Part shown: in pieces, positions 34,335 to 47,165 of the stretch | Layout: each line of letters starts with the position of its first letter | Position numbering within the stretch: the first letter of the stretch is position 1 | Assembly: GCF_009914755.1 (NCBI RefSeq) | Contig: NC_060947.1 | Origin: the human T2T-CHM13v2.0 reference genome, Homo sapiens | DNA: 64,000 bases | Reading direction: 5' to 3' (one strand) | The notes under the pieces: generated by a model | Seen by the model: the letters and a program-made list of their open reading frames with translations, nothing else | What the model was told of the DNA's origin: nothing | The model's database searches: none | Position numbers and translations under genes: made by a program

Positions 34335-35160
34335 TAAAAGATTTATTAAATTCAACTGATACACAAATTTGTATATTTTGTATGTAATGTTGTGAGTTTC
34401 ATCTTATCTGTGAAACCATCACCAGATCAAAGTTATAGACATACCCATCACCTTCAAAAGTTTTGTCGTGTCTCTTTTTTTTGGTAAGAACACTTAATAT
34501 GAGGTCTACCTTTTTAAGATAATTTTAAGTGCACAATAAAATATTGTTAAATAAGGTACTATGTTGTACAGCAAATCTCTAGAACACATCCATCTTGAAT
34601 AATTTAAACTTTATACCAATTGAGCAACAACTCTCCATTTTTTCCTTTCTGCAGTCCCACCATTCCTATCTCCATTTGTATGACTCTGATTATTTTACAT
34701 ACCTCATATAAGTGTAGTCATGCCATATCTGTCCTTCTGTAACTGGCTCATTTCATTTAATGTAGATTAGAGTGAATATCTTGTGAAAAGTTTTTTGAAG
34801 TCCTCTATTTTGGGAATAAAATTCTATGTTTTATTTTTAATAGCTTCATGAGGTATAATTAATATACAAAACTGCACATATTTAATGTATACAAGTTGAT
34901 GAGTTTGGACATATGCAAACACCTGTGACATCATTACTGCTATCAAAGTAATAGACATATCCGGCACTTTTCATGTGTTCCTTTCTTTTTTTCACGGTAA
35001 GAACGTGTAACATGAGATGTACCCTCAGCAAACGTTGAAGGGCACAATACTGTCTTGTTAAGTATAGGCACTATGTTGTATAGCAAGTCTCTAGAATGTA
35101 TTCATCTTGTGTAACTGAAACTTTATTGAACAATTCCTCATTTTTCCATCCTCCATGTTT
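34335..35160 (-). mobile_element. Two tandem L1MA10/L1MB1-like 3' ends (~34335-34760 and ~34830-35160)
   Basis: Both contain GGTAAGAAC..TAA.ATGAG...GCACAATA...CTATGTTGTA.AGCAA.TCTCTAGAA...CATCTTG. Confidence 0.7.
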
Positions 35161-35399
35161 TATGTATTTAATGTTGCATATATTTAATATTCAGTAGTTA
35201 CTGCTGAATAATATTTTATTGTATTGATATACCACATTTTATTTATTCATTCAACTGTTTATGAATATTTGGGTTGTTTCCAGTTTGGGGGTATTACAAA
35301 AAACTTCTATGAATATCTGTGTATAAGTCTTTGTATGGGCATATACACTTTTCATTTTCTAAATGGCGATTTCAAATGGTAGATGTATGTTTAATATTT

Positions 35400-36860
35400 A
35401 ATTTATTTTTTAATTTTGTTATGTTTGTGGGTACATAGTAGATGTGTATAGTTAAATGGGACATAAGATGTTTTGATACAGGTGTGCAATGTGAAATAAA
35501 CATATCATGAAAAACTGAGTATCCACCCCCTCAAACAGTTGTACTTTGAGTTACAAACAATCCAATTACACTTTTTGCATTATTTTAAAATGTACAATTA
35601 AGTTATTGACTATAGTCACCCTGTTGTGCTATTAATTAATAGGTCCTATTCATGCTTTTGAACTATTTTATTTGTACCCATTAGCCATCCCCACTTTCCC
35701 CACAATTGCCTCCTACCCTTCCCAGCCTATGGAAGCCATCATTCTATTCTCTAAGTCCATAAGTTTAATTATTTTGATTTTCAGATTTCACAAATAAGCT
35801 AGAACATGTGATATTTGTCTTCTGTGCCAGGCTTATTTCACTTCACATAATAATCTCTAGTTTCATCCATGTTGTTGCAAATGACTGGATCTCATTTTTA
35901 TGGCTAAATAGTACTCTGTTGTGTATATGTACCACATTTTCTTTATACAGGAATCTGTCGATAGACACTTAGGTTGCCTCCAATCTTAGCTATATGCCCA
36001 GCAGTGAGATTGCTGGATCATATGGTAGCTCAATTTTTAGTTCGTTGAAGAACCTCCACACTGTTGTCTATAGTGGTAGCATTAATGTACATTCCCACCA
36101 GCAGGGGACAAGGATTGCCTTTTCTCCACATAATTATCCACATTTGTTATTTATTGTCTGCCTGTTGGATATAAACCATTTGAACTGGGGTGAGATGCTA
36201 TCTCATTATAGTTTTAATTTGCTTTTATCTTATGTTCAATAATGTTAAGCACCTTTTCATGTACCTGTTTGTCATTTGTATGTCTTCTTTTGAGAAATGT
36301 CTATTCAAATATTTTGCCCATTTTTTGATTGGATTATTAGATTTTTTCTTATAGAGTAGTTTGAGCTCCTTATATATTCTGTTTATTAACCTCTTGTCAA
36401 ATGCATAATTTGCAAATGTCTTATCCCATTCTATGGGTTGTCTCTTCACTTTGTTGATGGTTTCCCTTTGCTGCACAGAAGCGTTTTAACTTGATATGAT
36501 CCAATTTGTTCATTTTTGTTTTGGTTGCCTGTGCTTGTGGGGTATTGCTCAAAAAATCTTTGCCCAGAACAATGTCGTAGAGTTTCTTCTTAATGTTTCC
36601 TTGGAGCAGATTTATAGTTTGAGGCCTTCAATTTAAGTCTTTAATCTATCTTTGTTTGATTTTTGAATATAGCAGGAGATAAAGATCTACTTTCATTTTT
36701 CTGCATATGCATACCCAGTTTTCCCAGGACTATTTACTGAAGAGACAGTTTTTACCCAGTTTTTATTCTTGGTACATTTGTCAAAAATGATTTCACTCTA
36801 GGTGTATGGATTTGTCCCCAGCTTCTCTATTTTGTTATAGTGGTCTATGTGTCTGCTTTT
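35400..36860 (-). mobile_element. L1MA2/L1MA3-like 3' region
   Basis: GTGGGTACATAGTAG...TTTTGATACAGG...TTACAAACAATCCAATTACAC 3' UTR followed by antisense ORF2 (ORF 36225-36476, [17 protein letters not shown]). Confidence 0.85.
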
Positions 36861-38197
36861 GAATGCAGGTTTCTGGTAACTTTAGAGATTGTGACATTAG
36901 AATAAAGAAAAAAACATTCAGGACTCTGAGAGTGAAAATGTTCATAATGATCAAGCAGAATAGGAGTTAACTACATGGACTGAACTAACAGAAGACTGAA
37001 ATAATCCTTTTATGATTTTTGCTTAAAACGTTGCTGATTATTTGTTTTTCACAGCCAAAAAAATTTAAAGCTATTTCTTTTAACAATTGAATAAAATATA
37101 CTCCTATAAGCAAAATTTGGAGCATATTTCTCTCTACCTGATTTCTTCAAAATTTAGAAATTATCTGTGAGCATTCCTAACTAATAGTTATATAGTTATT
37201 TGCATAAATGCAATAAGAATTTGTTTTATTTTGCAACGGGACACTATTGGAGAAACTGTTTATTTTATCAAGGCTTTAATAGGAATGATGTGCTTCCATT
37301 TAAGGAATCAATGTTTATTTATAGGGCCAATAAAAGCCCCTTAGGAAAACTGGCTTCATATCTTGTTTACATAGGCCCTTTACATGGTTCCTGACCTGTG
37401 TTAAGAAAAGAATGTCACTTTCTGACAGGCCCAGCAGCCTCATTATCGTGGAACCTCAAGAGGAGAGGAATTTACCCAACTTACACAGATTTTCAGTGGC
37501 ACAAATCCATGGCTGGATTCAAGGATTTTAAAAAAGTCTCTTAACTAGATCCTTGTGAAACAAAGTTTCATCAAAGCCAATTTAAAAAGAAGCCTATATG
37601 AAAAATAATTATTTTCGCTGTGCCTTATGCAAACAATAAGGCTAAGTATAATAAGACTAAAGCTTATTTTGCAAACAAATCAGTCTTACCATAATTCGTT
37701 TTTATTAAAAATGAGGACAGAAGAGAGAAAAATTATGTTTTAATAATTATGGTACACCTGTTATTGGATTCTGGTCTCATCAGTTGCTTCTGAGTTTTTC
37801 TACAATTTAGACTAACGCTGCTTGTTTCTGTAAATCAACCAATAATTCCTGACATCAACTTAAAAGAAACCACAGGGATGGACCATCAAGCTTCAGATAA
37901 TCCTCAATGAGAAATACTATCCTATGAATATTCAAGAACCATCCTACTACAGAATAGTCCTAGACTGCCCATCAATGGGACATGACAAAAGTGAGATCCT
38001 GCCCCTATTACCCTTGTACCTAGCTGGATACTGCTTTCACCAACTCAGGGAACCACCCTGCCCTGAGAGCTAGCAAGAGTTCAAAACTCACAGAATCACT
38101 ACCAGAGCTCCTCTGGTCAGCAGGAAGAAGTTACAAAACACTGAACTTCATCCATTTTTCCCAAAGAATTTGGGCCTTGAACTCTTGAGGGGAAAAA
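36861..38197 (+). mobile_element. MER4-group ERV1 internal region (MER50-int-like), 3' part
   Basis: TGCAGGTTTCTGGTAACTTTAGAGATTGTGACATTAGAATA...GGACTGAACTAA...CCTCAAGAGGAGAGGAATTTACCCAACT; ends in a polypurine tract GAGGGGAAAAA just before the LTR. Confidence 0.75.
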
Positions 38198-38849
38198 TGT
38201 TATACTAGGTAGCTGGTCAGACATGAGCAGGGCAGAAGATGAACCTCCTCCACAACTAGGAAAGTCAGGTGACCATCTGGTGATGATCTGGCAGTTGTTA
38301 AGCTGTCTCTCTAAAATAATAACTAGTCATAGCCAGCACCAGGGAAAGGCAGTCTCCTGATAGATAGAAAAACCTGAAACTAACGATCAGCTTCCTGAGA
38401 AGCTTTCAGGAGTTGGGTGAGTGGGCTCAAGCATGCAAACTAAGAGGCTAAATTCCAGAGTTTAACAGGTATCTGACCTTATAGGAACACTCAACTGATA
38501 AAGGAAAAATGTCTCAGGTGACCATGCATACAACTCCAGTAAACACACTGCACATGCAGTTCCTCCCAAGTGTTGGCAGGCCACTGCACAAGAAGAATGT
38601 CAACATATAAGACCCCAAGTCAAGTGTCAAACTGTGTACTTTATCTCTCAAGTCACCCACTTGTTCTTCTTCCAAGTGTACTTTACTTCCTTTTCTTCCT
38701 GCTCTAAACTTTTAGAACAAACTTTTACCCCTGCTCTAAAATCTTGCCTCAGTCTCTCACTCTGCCTCATACCCCTAATTAAATTCTTTCTTCTGAGGAG
38801 GCAAGAATTGAGGTTGCTGCAGACCCATAGAAATTAGCTGTTGCTAACA
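38198..38849 (+). mobile_element. MER50-like LTR (3' LTR)
   Basis: TGTTATACTAGGTAGCTGGTCAGACATGAGCAGGGCAG...GAGGAGGCAAGAATTGAGGTTGCTGCAGACCC...GCTAACA. Confidence 0.82.
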
Positions 38850-39269
38850 TAGGAATTCACTGTTGTTTCAGAGGGGAAGAAAAGTTGGAAAATATAGGTA
38901 ATTATGTTGAGGGGCAATAAATTGTTACTAGAAAGAATGAATAGATACTGAAAGAATGAATAGATGCAATGAATATAAGTTGACCTACAAAATAGTTCTC
39001 TTTGGAAACTGAATAAATCTGAAAGACATATGACTTTGTAAAAAGTTTGGGCCAGGTCTGATTACATTCTTGGTCTTCTTTCCTGCAATAGATAATGAGA
39101 CAACAGGGAGGAGAAAAAAATGTTTATTTTTTCAGTGGGTCAGTCTAATCTTTATATAGATAGGGACACAGTCTCTTCCAAGGCATGTTGATTTCTAAGG
39201 TTTTTTAATTCAAAATATTCTTTATACTAGGGAGACATATTTTTGAGTAAAATTTTGTGTGCTCCTTCA
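38850..39269 (-). mobile_element. MER34/MER39-like LTR fragment
   Basis: Ends TTCAAAATATTCTTTATAC...CATATTTTTG...CTCCTTCA, resembling an antisense MER34-group 5' end. Confidence 0.45.
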
Positions 39270-40505
39270 TTCACCTCTTGAATGTATTTCAGTTTACTCT
39301 TACAATATAAAAACGACTGAGTTTTCAGAAACAAGAATTTTAACAATACTTTAAAATGTTTTCTGATTTCTGTTGGGAAATATGAGGGAATATATTCTAA
39401 ACAGTTTAGAAAAACATTGTGTCAAATTTTGTAGTAGGCTTTTCTGTTTCACTGAGTTTGAAAAGAAAAATAAGAAATGAAAATATTTTAAGGGAAAACA
39501 ATCATCAAATTCATCTTTGTATAATTCATAAAATTAACTGTTAAAAATTAGGATAATTCTAAAATTTTCCTTTTTCTCACTTCAGAAATATACTCTATGC
39601 ATATTATAAATGCAAATAAGAAAACAAATACAGTTTATATTTACAAGGAACTAGTCTATATTTATGCTTTTTCCCATATAAAAATTTGGCCAATTTATGG
39701 TAAATAATTTCAGCGCCCCCAAATGAAGCAGGAGTATTTACCTTTTTCTCAAAAGTCCTAGCATTGTAGTAACCTAACACAAATCTCATCAGAGAAAAAT
39801 TAATAACAAAAGCTTTCTGGTTTTATATATATAATTTCAATGCTACTTAAAATCATAAATTCTAACTCTCTGAAATATTCAAATACAAGTATTCAAGACT
39901 GTGAGATTGTTTACTTATAATAATAGGAAACCTTGTAGTAAACACATTTAAAATGACATTTTTGGGAAAAGAGTGCATGCATCAAATAGCTTCTCCAGTG
40001 AGTGTGTTTAAATATTTCCTTTCTTCAATGCTTATGATTGAATAAAAATAGAAAGCCATGTTCATAGTTGAATTTATAATCTCATGAGTGAATTGAAGAC
40101 TGCTACTAATAAAGCAAGATAAACAGATGGAAAGAAAGAGGAGCAACATAAATTCTCATGCTGCCTTTTTTTCTGAGAAGTCAGAAGTGATGAGCAAAAG
40201 TATAATCATGTCTAAATAATGTGGCCTCACAGGGCAGATTTGCAACAAGATCTTCATGACAGAAGGCAGAAGGCATGCTGTTTGTGAGAAAAACAAACAA
40301 ATTAACATTGATAGAGGGTCTACTATTTGAAAGAAAATACTTTCAATTTTCTTTTCTGCTACACTGGGAGATTCTTGTTCCACCAAGACAGCCCTAGAGA
40401 AAAGTAGGCCTAGAGAAAAGTAGAATAGCATTATACTGGCGTAATTGTGTCTTCTTCTACTACTACTAATAATAATTTTATTGAATTTATATCATGAGCC
40501 ATATA

Positions 40506-40782
40506 TACGGTTTTGAGACAGGGTCTCACTTTGTCACCCAGGCTGGAGTGCAGTGTCATGATTATGGCTCACTGCAGCCTCAATCTCTGGGCTCAAGTAT
40601 TTCTCCTACCTCAGTCTCCTAAGTAGCTGGGACTACAGGCCTATGCTACCAAGGCCAGCTATTTTTTGTAGAGACAGGGTCTTACTATATTGCCTAGGCT
40701 GGTCTTGAACTTCTAGACACAATTAATCCTCCCACTCAGCCTCCCAAAGTGCCAGAATTAGAAGTGAGCCACCATGTCCAGC
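40506..40782 (-). mobile_element. AluJ with almost no A tail
   Basis: GAGACAGGGTCTCACTTTGTCACCCAGGCTGG...CACTGCAGCCTC; perfect 13-bp TSD CATGAGCCATATA (40493-40505 / 40783-40795). Confidence 0.9.
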
Positions 40783-40825
40783 CATGAGCCATATAATTTG
40801 TTATGTACTTTATTAAGATGGTCTC

Positions 40826-43034
40826 TGATAAGGTTTGGCTCTGTGTCCACCCTCAAATTGCACCTTGAAATGTTATAATCCCCACATGTCAAGGGCAGGA
40901 CCAGGTGGAAATAACTGAATCATGGGGGTAGTTTCCCCCATGCTGCTCTCGTGATAGTGATTGAGTTACCATGAGATGTGATAGTTTTACAAGGGGTTCC
41001 CCCCTTTGCTTGGCACTCATTCTCTCTCTTGCCACCCTGTGAAGAGGTGCCTTCCATCATGATTGTAAGTTTCCTGAGGCCTTCCCAGCCATGTCGAACT
41101 GTAAGTCAATTAAACCTCTTTCTTTATAAGTTACCCAGTCTAGGGTATTTCTTTATAGCATGAAAATGGATTAATACAGTAAATTGCCAATGCAGAGAGT
41201 CGGGTGCTGCTCTAATAATACCCAAAAATATGAAAGTGACTTTGGAATTGGTAACAGGCAGAGGTTCGACCAATGTGCAGGGCTCAGAAGAAGACAGGAA
41301 GATGTGGGAAAGTTTGGAACTTCCTAGAGGCCTATTGAATAGTTTTGACCAAAATGCTGATAGTGATGTTGACAATGGAGTCTAAGCTGAGGTGGTCTCA
41401 GATGGAGATGAGGAGCTTTTTGGGAACTGGAGCAAAAGTGACTATTGTTGTGCTTTAGCAAAGAGACTGGAAGCATTTTGTTCCTGCCCTAGAGATCTGT
41501 GGAACTTTGAACTTGAGAGAGATGATTTAGGGTATCTGGTGGAAGAAATTTCTAAGAGGCAAAGCATTCAAGAGGAAGCAGAGCATGAAAGTTTGGAAAA
41601 TTTACTGCTCAATGATGCAATAGAAAATAAAAACCTATTTTCTGGTGGGTAATTCAAGCCCACGACAGAAGTTTACATAAGTAATGAGGAGCCAAATACT
41701 AATAACCAGTACAATGGGAAAAACGTCTCTATGGCATGTCAGAGACCTTCAGAGCAACCCCTCCCATGACAGACCTAGAGGCCTAAGAGGGAAAAATGGT
41801 TTTGTGGACAGGGCCCAGGGGCCCCCTGCTCTATGCAGCCTTGGAACATGGTACCCTGCATCCCAGCTGCTTCGACTTCAGCTGAGGCTAAAAGGGGCAA
41901 AGGTAAAGCTTGGCCATTGCTTCAAAGGGTGCAGGCCCCAAGCCTTGGTGGCCTCCACATGGTGTTGAGCCTGTGGATGCACTGAAGTCAAGAATTGAGG
42001 TTTAGGAACCTTCACCTAGATTTCAGAGGATGTATGAAAAGGCCTGAGTGTCTAGGCAGAAGTTTGTTGCAGGGGAGGAGCCCTCATTGAGAATCTCTGC
42101 TAGGGCAGTGTGGAAGGAAAATGTGGGGTGGGAGCCCCCACACAAAGTCCCCACTAAGGCACTGCCAAGTGGAGCTGTGAGAAGAGGGCCACTGTCCTCC
42201 AGACCCCAGAATGGTAGATCAACAAACAGCTTGCACCATTCACCTAGAAAACCTGCAGACACTCAACGTCAGCCCATGAAAGCAATCGGGAGGCAGGCTA
42301 TACCCTGCAAAGTCACAGGGGCAGAGCTGCCTGAGGCCATGAGAGCCCACCTTTTGCATCAAAATAACCTGGATGTGAGACATGGTGTTGAAGGAGATCA
42401 TTTTGGTACTTTAAAGTATAATGACGGCCCTATTTGATTTTGTACTTGCAAGGGGCCTGTAGCCTCTTTGTTTTGGCCAATTTCTCCTATTTGGAATTGG
42501 TATATTTACCCAATGCCTGTACCCTAATTGTATGTAGGGAATAACTAAATTGGTTTTGATTTTACAGGCTGATAGGCAGAAGGGACTTGCCTTGTCTCAG
42601 ATGAAACTTTGGAGGACTGTTGAAAAGGTACAATTGTGTTTTAAAATATGAGGACATGAGATTTTGGACAGGCCAGTAGTGGAATAATACGGTTTGGCTT
42701 TATCTCTACCCAAATCTCACCTTGAATTGTAATAATCTCCACATGTCAAGGGTGGGACCAGGTGGAGATAATTGAATTATGGGGGGCAGTTTCCCCCATG
42801 CTATTCTCATGACTGAGTTCTCATGAAATCTGATGGTTTTATAAGGGGCTTCCTCCTTCGCACAGCACTCATTCTCTCTCACACTGCCCTGTGAAAAGGT
42901 GTCCTCTGCCATTATTGTAAGTTTCCTGAGGCCTCTCCAGCCTTGCAGAAATGTGAATCAATTAAACCTCTTTTCTTTATATATTACTCAGTTTAATTTA
43001 TTTATTCATAGCAGCATGAGAACAGACAAATACA
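40826..43034 (+). mobile_element. Full-length THE1D-like MaLR provirus (LTRs 40826-41178 and 42685-43034)
   Basis: LTR pair with CACATGTCAAGGG..GGACCAGGTGGA; MaLR internal region; perfect TSD GTCTC (40821-40825 / 43035-43039). Confidence 0.92.
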
Positions 43035-43473
43035 GTCTCACTTGGTTCTTACAATGGCCCTATAAATTAAAATGTTTTTTTTTTTTTTTTCTTTTTGTGG
43101 CTCAGGAAAATAACACTCATAGTGGTCAGTTTACTTACTAAGATTACAAAACTAAGAGGTTCTATAGGTGAGGTTTACCTGAGGATATTTGACTCTAGAT
43201 CCTGAACTCTTTATTGCTATCCTATTATGCTTCCCATGACCCTTGAATAAATTGTGATGATATATAATTTCCAAAGGTAATGATAATAATAGTAGTAGCT
43301 CATCATTTATCAAAATCTTAGTTTGGAACAAATTCTCACGAACAGTGAGATTGTAATCACTGTATCACATTTATTCTCATACTCTCTTATGATCAGATAA
43401 AGGTTCAGTGCATTTATCAAGATTCCCCCAACTAATTGTGAGAGAGCAAGAACTGGAATTCAAATGAATGTGG

Positions 43474-44268
43474 TGACAAAGATTATTTCACTGACTAATC
43501 TTTAATCAGGCTCTTCTGAATCAATCTTTTCTTTGTCCCATCCTTGCCAGACCTCTGTAACTCAGTTTTAGGAAGTATCCTGGTAACTCAGTTTAGTGAT
43601 GTTAAAAGATAAACTCAGGCACATTAAAATTTTAAAGAGTTTATTTGACAAAACAATTATTCATGAATCAGGCAGTGCTAGATTGCAAGTGGTTCAGGGC
43701 TCCACCAAAAAGACGCAAGAGGAAGATGTTTATAAGGTGTTTGTGAAAGTGAGACAAATAAAATATATTCAATTGATTACAGTGTAAAGTCCCTAGTGAG
43801 AGGTTTGTTGTCAATTTCTAATTGGCAAAATCTCTAGTTACAGGTTAGTTGGTGGTTGCTGATTGGTTAAGCTTAAGTTTTGTTTTATTGTTTATATTGT
43901 TAGGTTTCAGTTTGCTTACATGGAAACTCAAGGCACTGGAGCCCTCTCAGCCTAATAGCCTCCCAATTATTTTAAGAGAGAATTCCTGATCTCATTGATA
44001 TATAATCAAATTATTTATCCTCATTTTCTCCCAGGTGATACCTGGTAACCCTGTTCTACCTTTAGCAAGAATCCTGTGATGTCAGGTAAACCAGGATTTC
44101 CCCTTGCCCCTGATGTTCTCTCTTAGTAATTTTTTAACCATTTTTGGCTATTTTTATCCATTTTTCTTATTGAATTTGGAATTGAGGACACTTTCCACCT
44201 ACTACAATACTTCCTGAATAAAATCTGCTTTTAATACTTTACTACCTAGTTCTGGTTACTCTTTAACA
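43474..44268 (+). mobile_element. MER31-like ERV1 solo LTR interrupted by a MER93-like LTR
   Basis: TGACAAAGATT...TCAGGCTC start; CTTTAGCAAGAATCCTG...CCCCTGATGTTC...AATAAAATCTG...CTTTAACA end; TSD GTGG (43470-43473 / 44269-44272). Confidence 0.75.
43600..43977 (-). mobile_element. MER93-like ERV1 solo LTR nested in MER31
   Basis: Minus strand begins TCTTAAAATAATTGGGAGGCTATTAGGCTGAG...CAGTGCCTTGAG...TAAGCAAACTGAAACCTAAC and ends AATAAACTCTTTAAAATTTTAATGTGCCTGAGTTTATCTTTTAACA. Confidence 0.72.
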
Positions 44269-45752
44269 GTGGTCTCCATGCTCCTAAAAATGATACTTCA
44301 TTGAATGTTTTTAAATATGAGAAGGAATTTGAGTGAATTTGTAACTCTAAAGTTATTCCACATCTTAAATTAAAATATTCATACTCTCTTCCCCATAAAT
44401 CTGAGTGTGTGTTTTAACTGGCGAGGTCTTCAAATATCTCATTTACTTTATAAATTATAGGCAATACATTTTAAATACTTTATATCATAAAAACTATAAT
44501 TACTATGTTATAAATTGACAATGACAGAAGAAAAAGTGAAAGAGTCCAATACAGATAATATTAAGATATTAACTACACAGAAATCTGCAAACACTTAGAT
44601 TTCTGCTAATATTAAAATTATTTAAAGATTTTGCCAGGCAAGTTCCAGAAATGTTCCCTTAGAGAAATTAAATTATTTTCTCTTCCTTCTGTATATAAAT
44701 ATTCTTGCTTCTGAACCAAGCTAAAGATATACTATAAAATTCCACACTAAAACTTTAATAAGATGAAAGTTACTTTTCTAGTTTTGGCACTATACGGCCA
44801 ACTACCTCATCTTAAGTTTGAAGAGCTACTCTGCCAACATGAACAGGAACTGTCAAGCTTGTATCCTAGATCAGTGCCTGGAACATGGTAGGCCTTCAAT
44901 ATAAATTAATCCACTGTAAAGATCTACCAATTTTCTGGTTTCAGAAAACCCAGGAAAACAAAAGAGAAAAAAAATTCATTCAGTAATTAAATGGAAAATG
45001 ATGTCAAATACTGTTAGAAGAGGAAACAAGAGCAATATAATAATGGTCTGAAATCTGTGGAATCCTACAAAAAAAATTGCCATCAAATATTGGTCTCAAG
45101 AATTGTTGTGCCACTGTTTAATTTGAAATTTATCTGTGCATAACTTGTCAGGATAGACCAATTATGCTGTCATGTCTAACTTCATATAAACCGTGAAATA
45201 TGATGTCTTTTAATAGTCAATATGAATAATACTTTTGAAAGACAATTGTATTCTTAAAAAGACAAATGTAACTCAGGTCTAAAATAATATATTGTATTAG
45301 TAATTGAAAAAATAATGTGTTCCAACTTAAAACTAAGGATATGTTGAGAATCAAATTGGTAAAACCAATATGAAGTTCTTCATTAGTCTAACTTTAAGAA
45401 AGTGACTTCTAAACAGGATAAATGATTCTAGTAACTTGTAAGTTGTGACCTCTTTAGAAGCCTATTTATCAGCTGAACAAATCTCATATCACTTTTCATA
45501 GGTAGAAATGACTACAGAAAGTGATGTAGGTAGCAGTGACTACAGGAATAGGATCAAAACAGCATTTTTTACTGAAAGTTAAATTTGAATTAAGCAGTTG
45601 GAAGATTTATTGACATTTTTTAATGATACTTAAAGCAATAAAGGGTAATGTTCTATATACCATTATAAACACATTTTTAGACCTGGCTCATGATCAAGTA
45701 TATTAGTCTTTTTTGCCATTATCTCTTAAATATATTTCTATTGGAAGCTACT

Positions 45753-46293
45753 TGTAACTGAATGAAAGCTCAGCTGCTTGTCACTTGTCATGCTGAATGA
45801 ACAAGGATGAGATGCTGTGAAAGGAAAGTGACTTTAATCCAAAAGCCAAAAGTGGGGAAATGGCCAAGCTTATGCCTTAAAGAAACAATTTTTTATTCTG
45901 GGCTGAGTGCAGGGGATTAATAAGAAAAATTTGGTATGAGGTATAGACAAAAGTAGCAAGGAGACACTGGTGCATCTGACTTATTCTAGTGAATATCTTG
46001 GATTATTGCCCCCTCTGGTGTTTGGCTCATGCCATCTGAGGTACAGCTGGGTTGTAAATTAACTACTGTCTTAAAGTAATCTTCAGGTGAGTGTACATTC
46101 TGTAGCTGCCTGAATTGTTTCAAGATTTAGACCCTGGAACTTCCAAGTAACCACATGATTAGATATGGGAAAATGTTGTGCAAGGGAGTGTTTTGTGGTA
46201 AAAAGAGAGCAGAGGTTATTACATTATTAAGATCAAAGCCAAAGGAAAAACAAAACAAAACAAAACAAAATTTAAATGGGGAACTCTGTTACA
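45753..46293 (-). mobile_element. ERV1-type solo LTR (subfamily uncertain)
   Basis: Inverted termini TGTAAC...GTTACA and perfect 4-bp TSD TACT (45749-45752 / 46294-46297). Strand inferred from the degenerate poly(A)-signal position. Confidence 0.75.
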
Positions 46294-46717
46294 TACTCAC
46301 ATTGTAACAAGTAGACTGTACCTCCAAAATGAGCAAGATTAATAAAAACTTTGCTTGTGATGTGTTTTTAATAAAAGGGAAAGTAATAAATTATACCTTA
46401 AACTCAATCACAAAATAATGAAATACAAATAAATAAATATTCTCACAATCATCAATGATACCTGCATTAATAATACAATAAAATATATTTTTAAAAGTTT
46501 AAGTGCTAATTTAAAATTTTATAATATGTAGGATCAAAAATCACTTTTTTGTTTTTTAAGCTATAATATTTTATTTTTGCTCTAATATAATATGTATATG
46601 TATACACGTATGTATGTATGTATATATAGGATTATAGCATTATGACTTTCAGTTTATGTTTATTTTGTGATTTTCTGTTTTAATTTCTGCATTAATTAGA
46701 GTTGGCAATTTCTTCTA

Positions 46718-47165
46718 ATTTTTTTTTTTCATTTTCCCATAGGTTATTGGAATACAGGTAGTGTTTGGTTACATGAATAAGTTCTTTAGTGGTGATTTGT
46801 GAGATTTTGGTGCACCCATCACCTGTGTACAGGTGTACACAGGTGAGCAGTGTACACCACACCCTATTTGTAGTTTTTTATCCCTCCACCCCCTCCTACA
46901 CTTCCCCCGCCCCGAGGTCCCCAAAGTCCATTGTATTATTCTTATGTCTTTGCATCCTCATGGCTTAACTCCCACATATGAGTGAGAACATGCGATGTTT
47001 GGTTTTCCATTCCTGAGTTACTTCACTGAAAATAGTAGTCTCCAATCTCATCCAGGTTGCTGTGAATGCCATTATTTCATTCTTTTTTATGTCTGAGTAG
47101 TATTCCATTGTATATATATGCAACAGATTATGGCTATTCTTGCAGGAGTAAGGTGGTATTGCATG
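46718..47165 (-). mobile_element. L1PB1-like 3' end
   Basis: Poly(T), then TTTGGTTACATGAATAAGTTCTTTAGTGGTGATTTGTGAGATTTTGGTGCACCCATCACC...TTTTCCATTCCTGAGTTACTTCAC. Confidence 0.85.
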
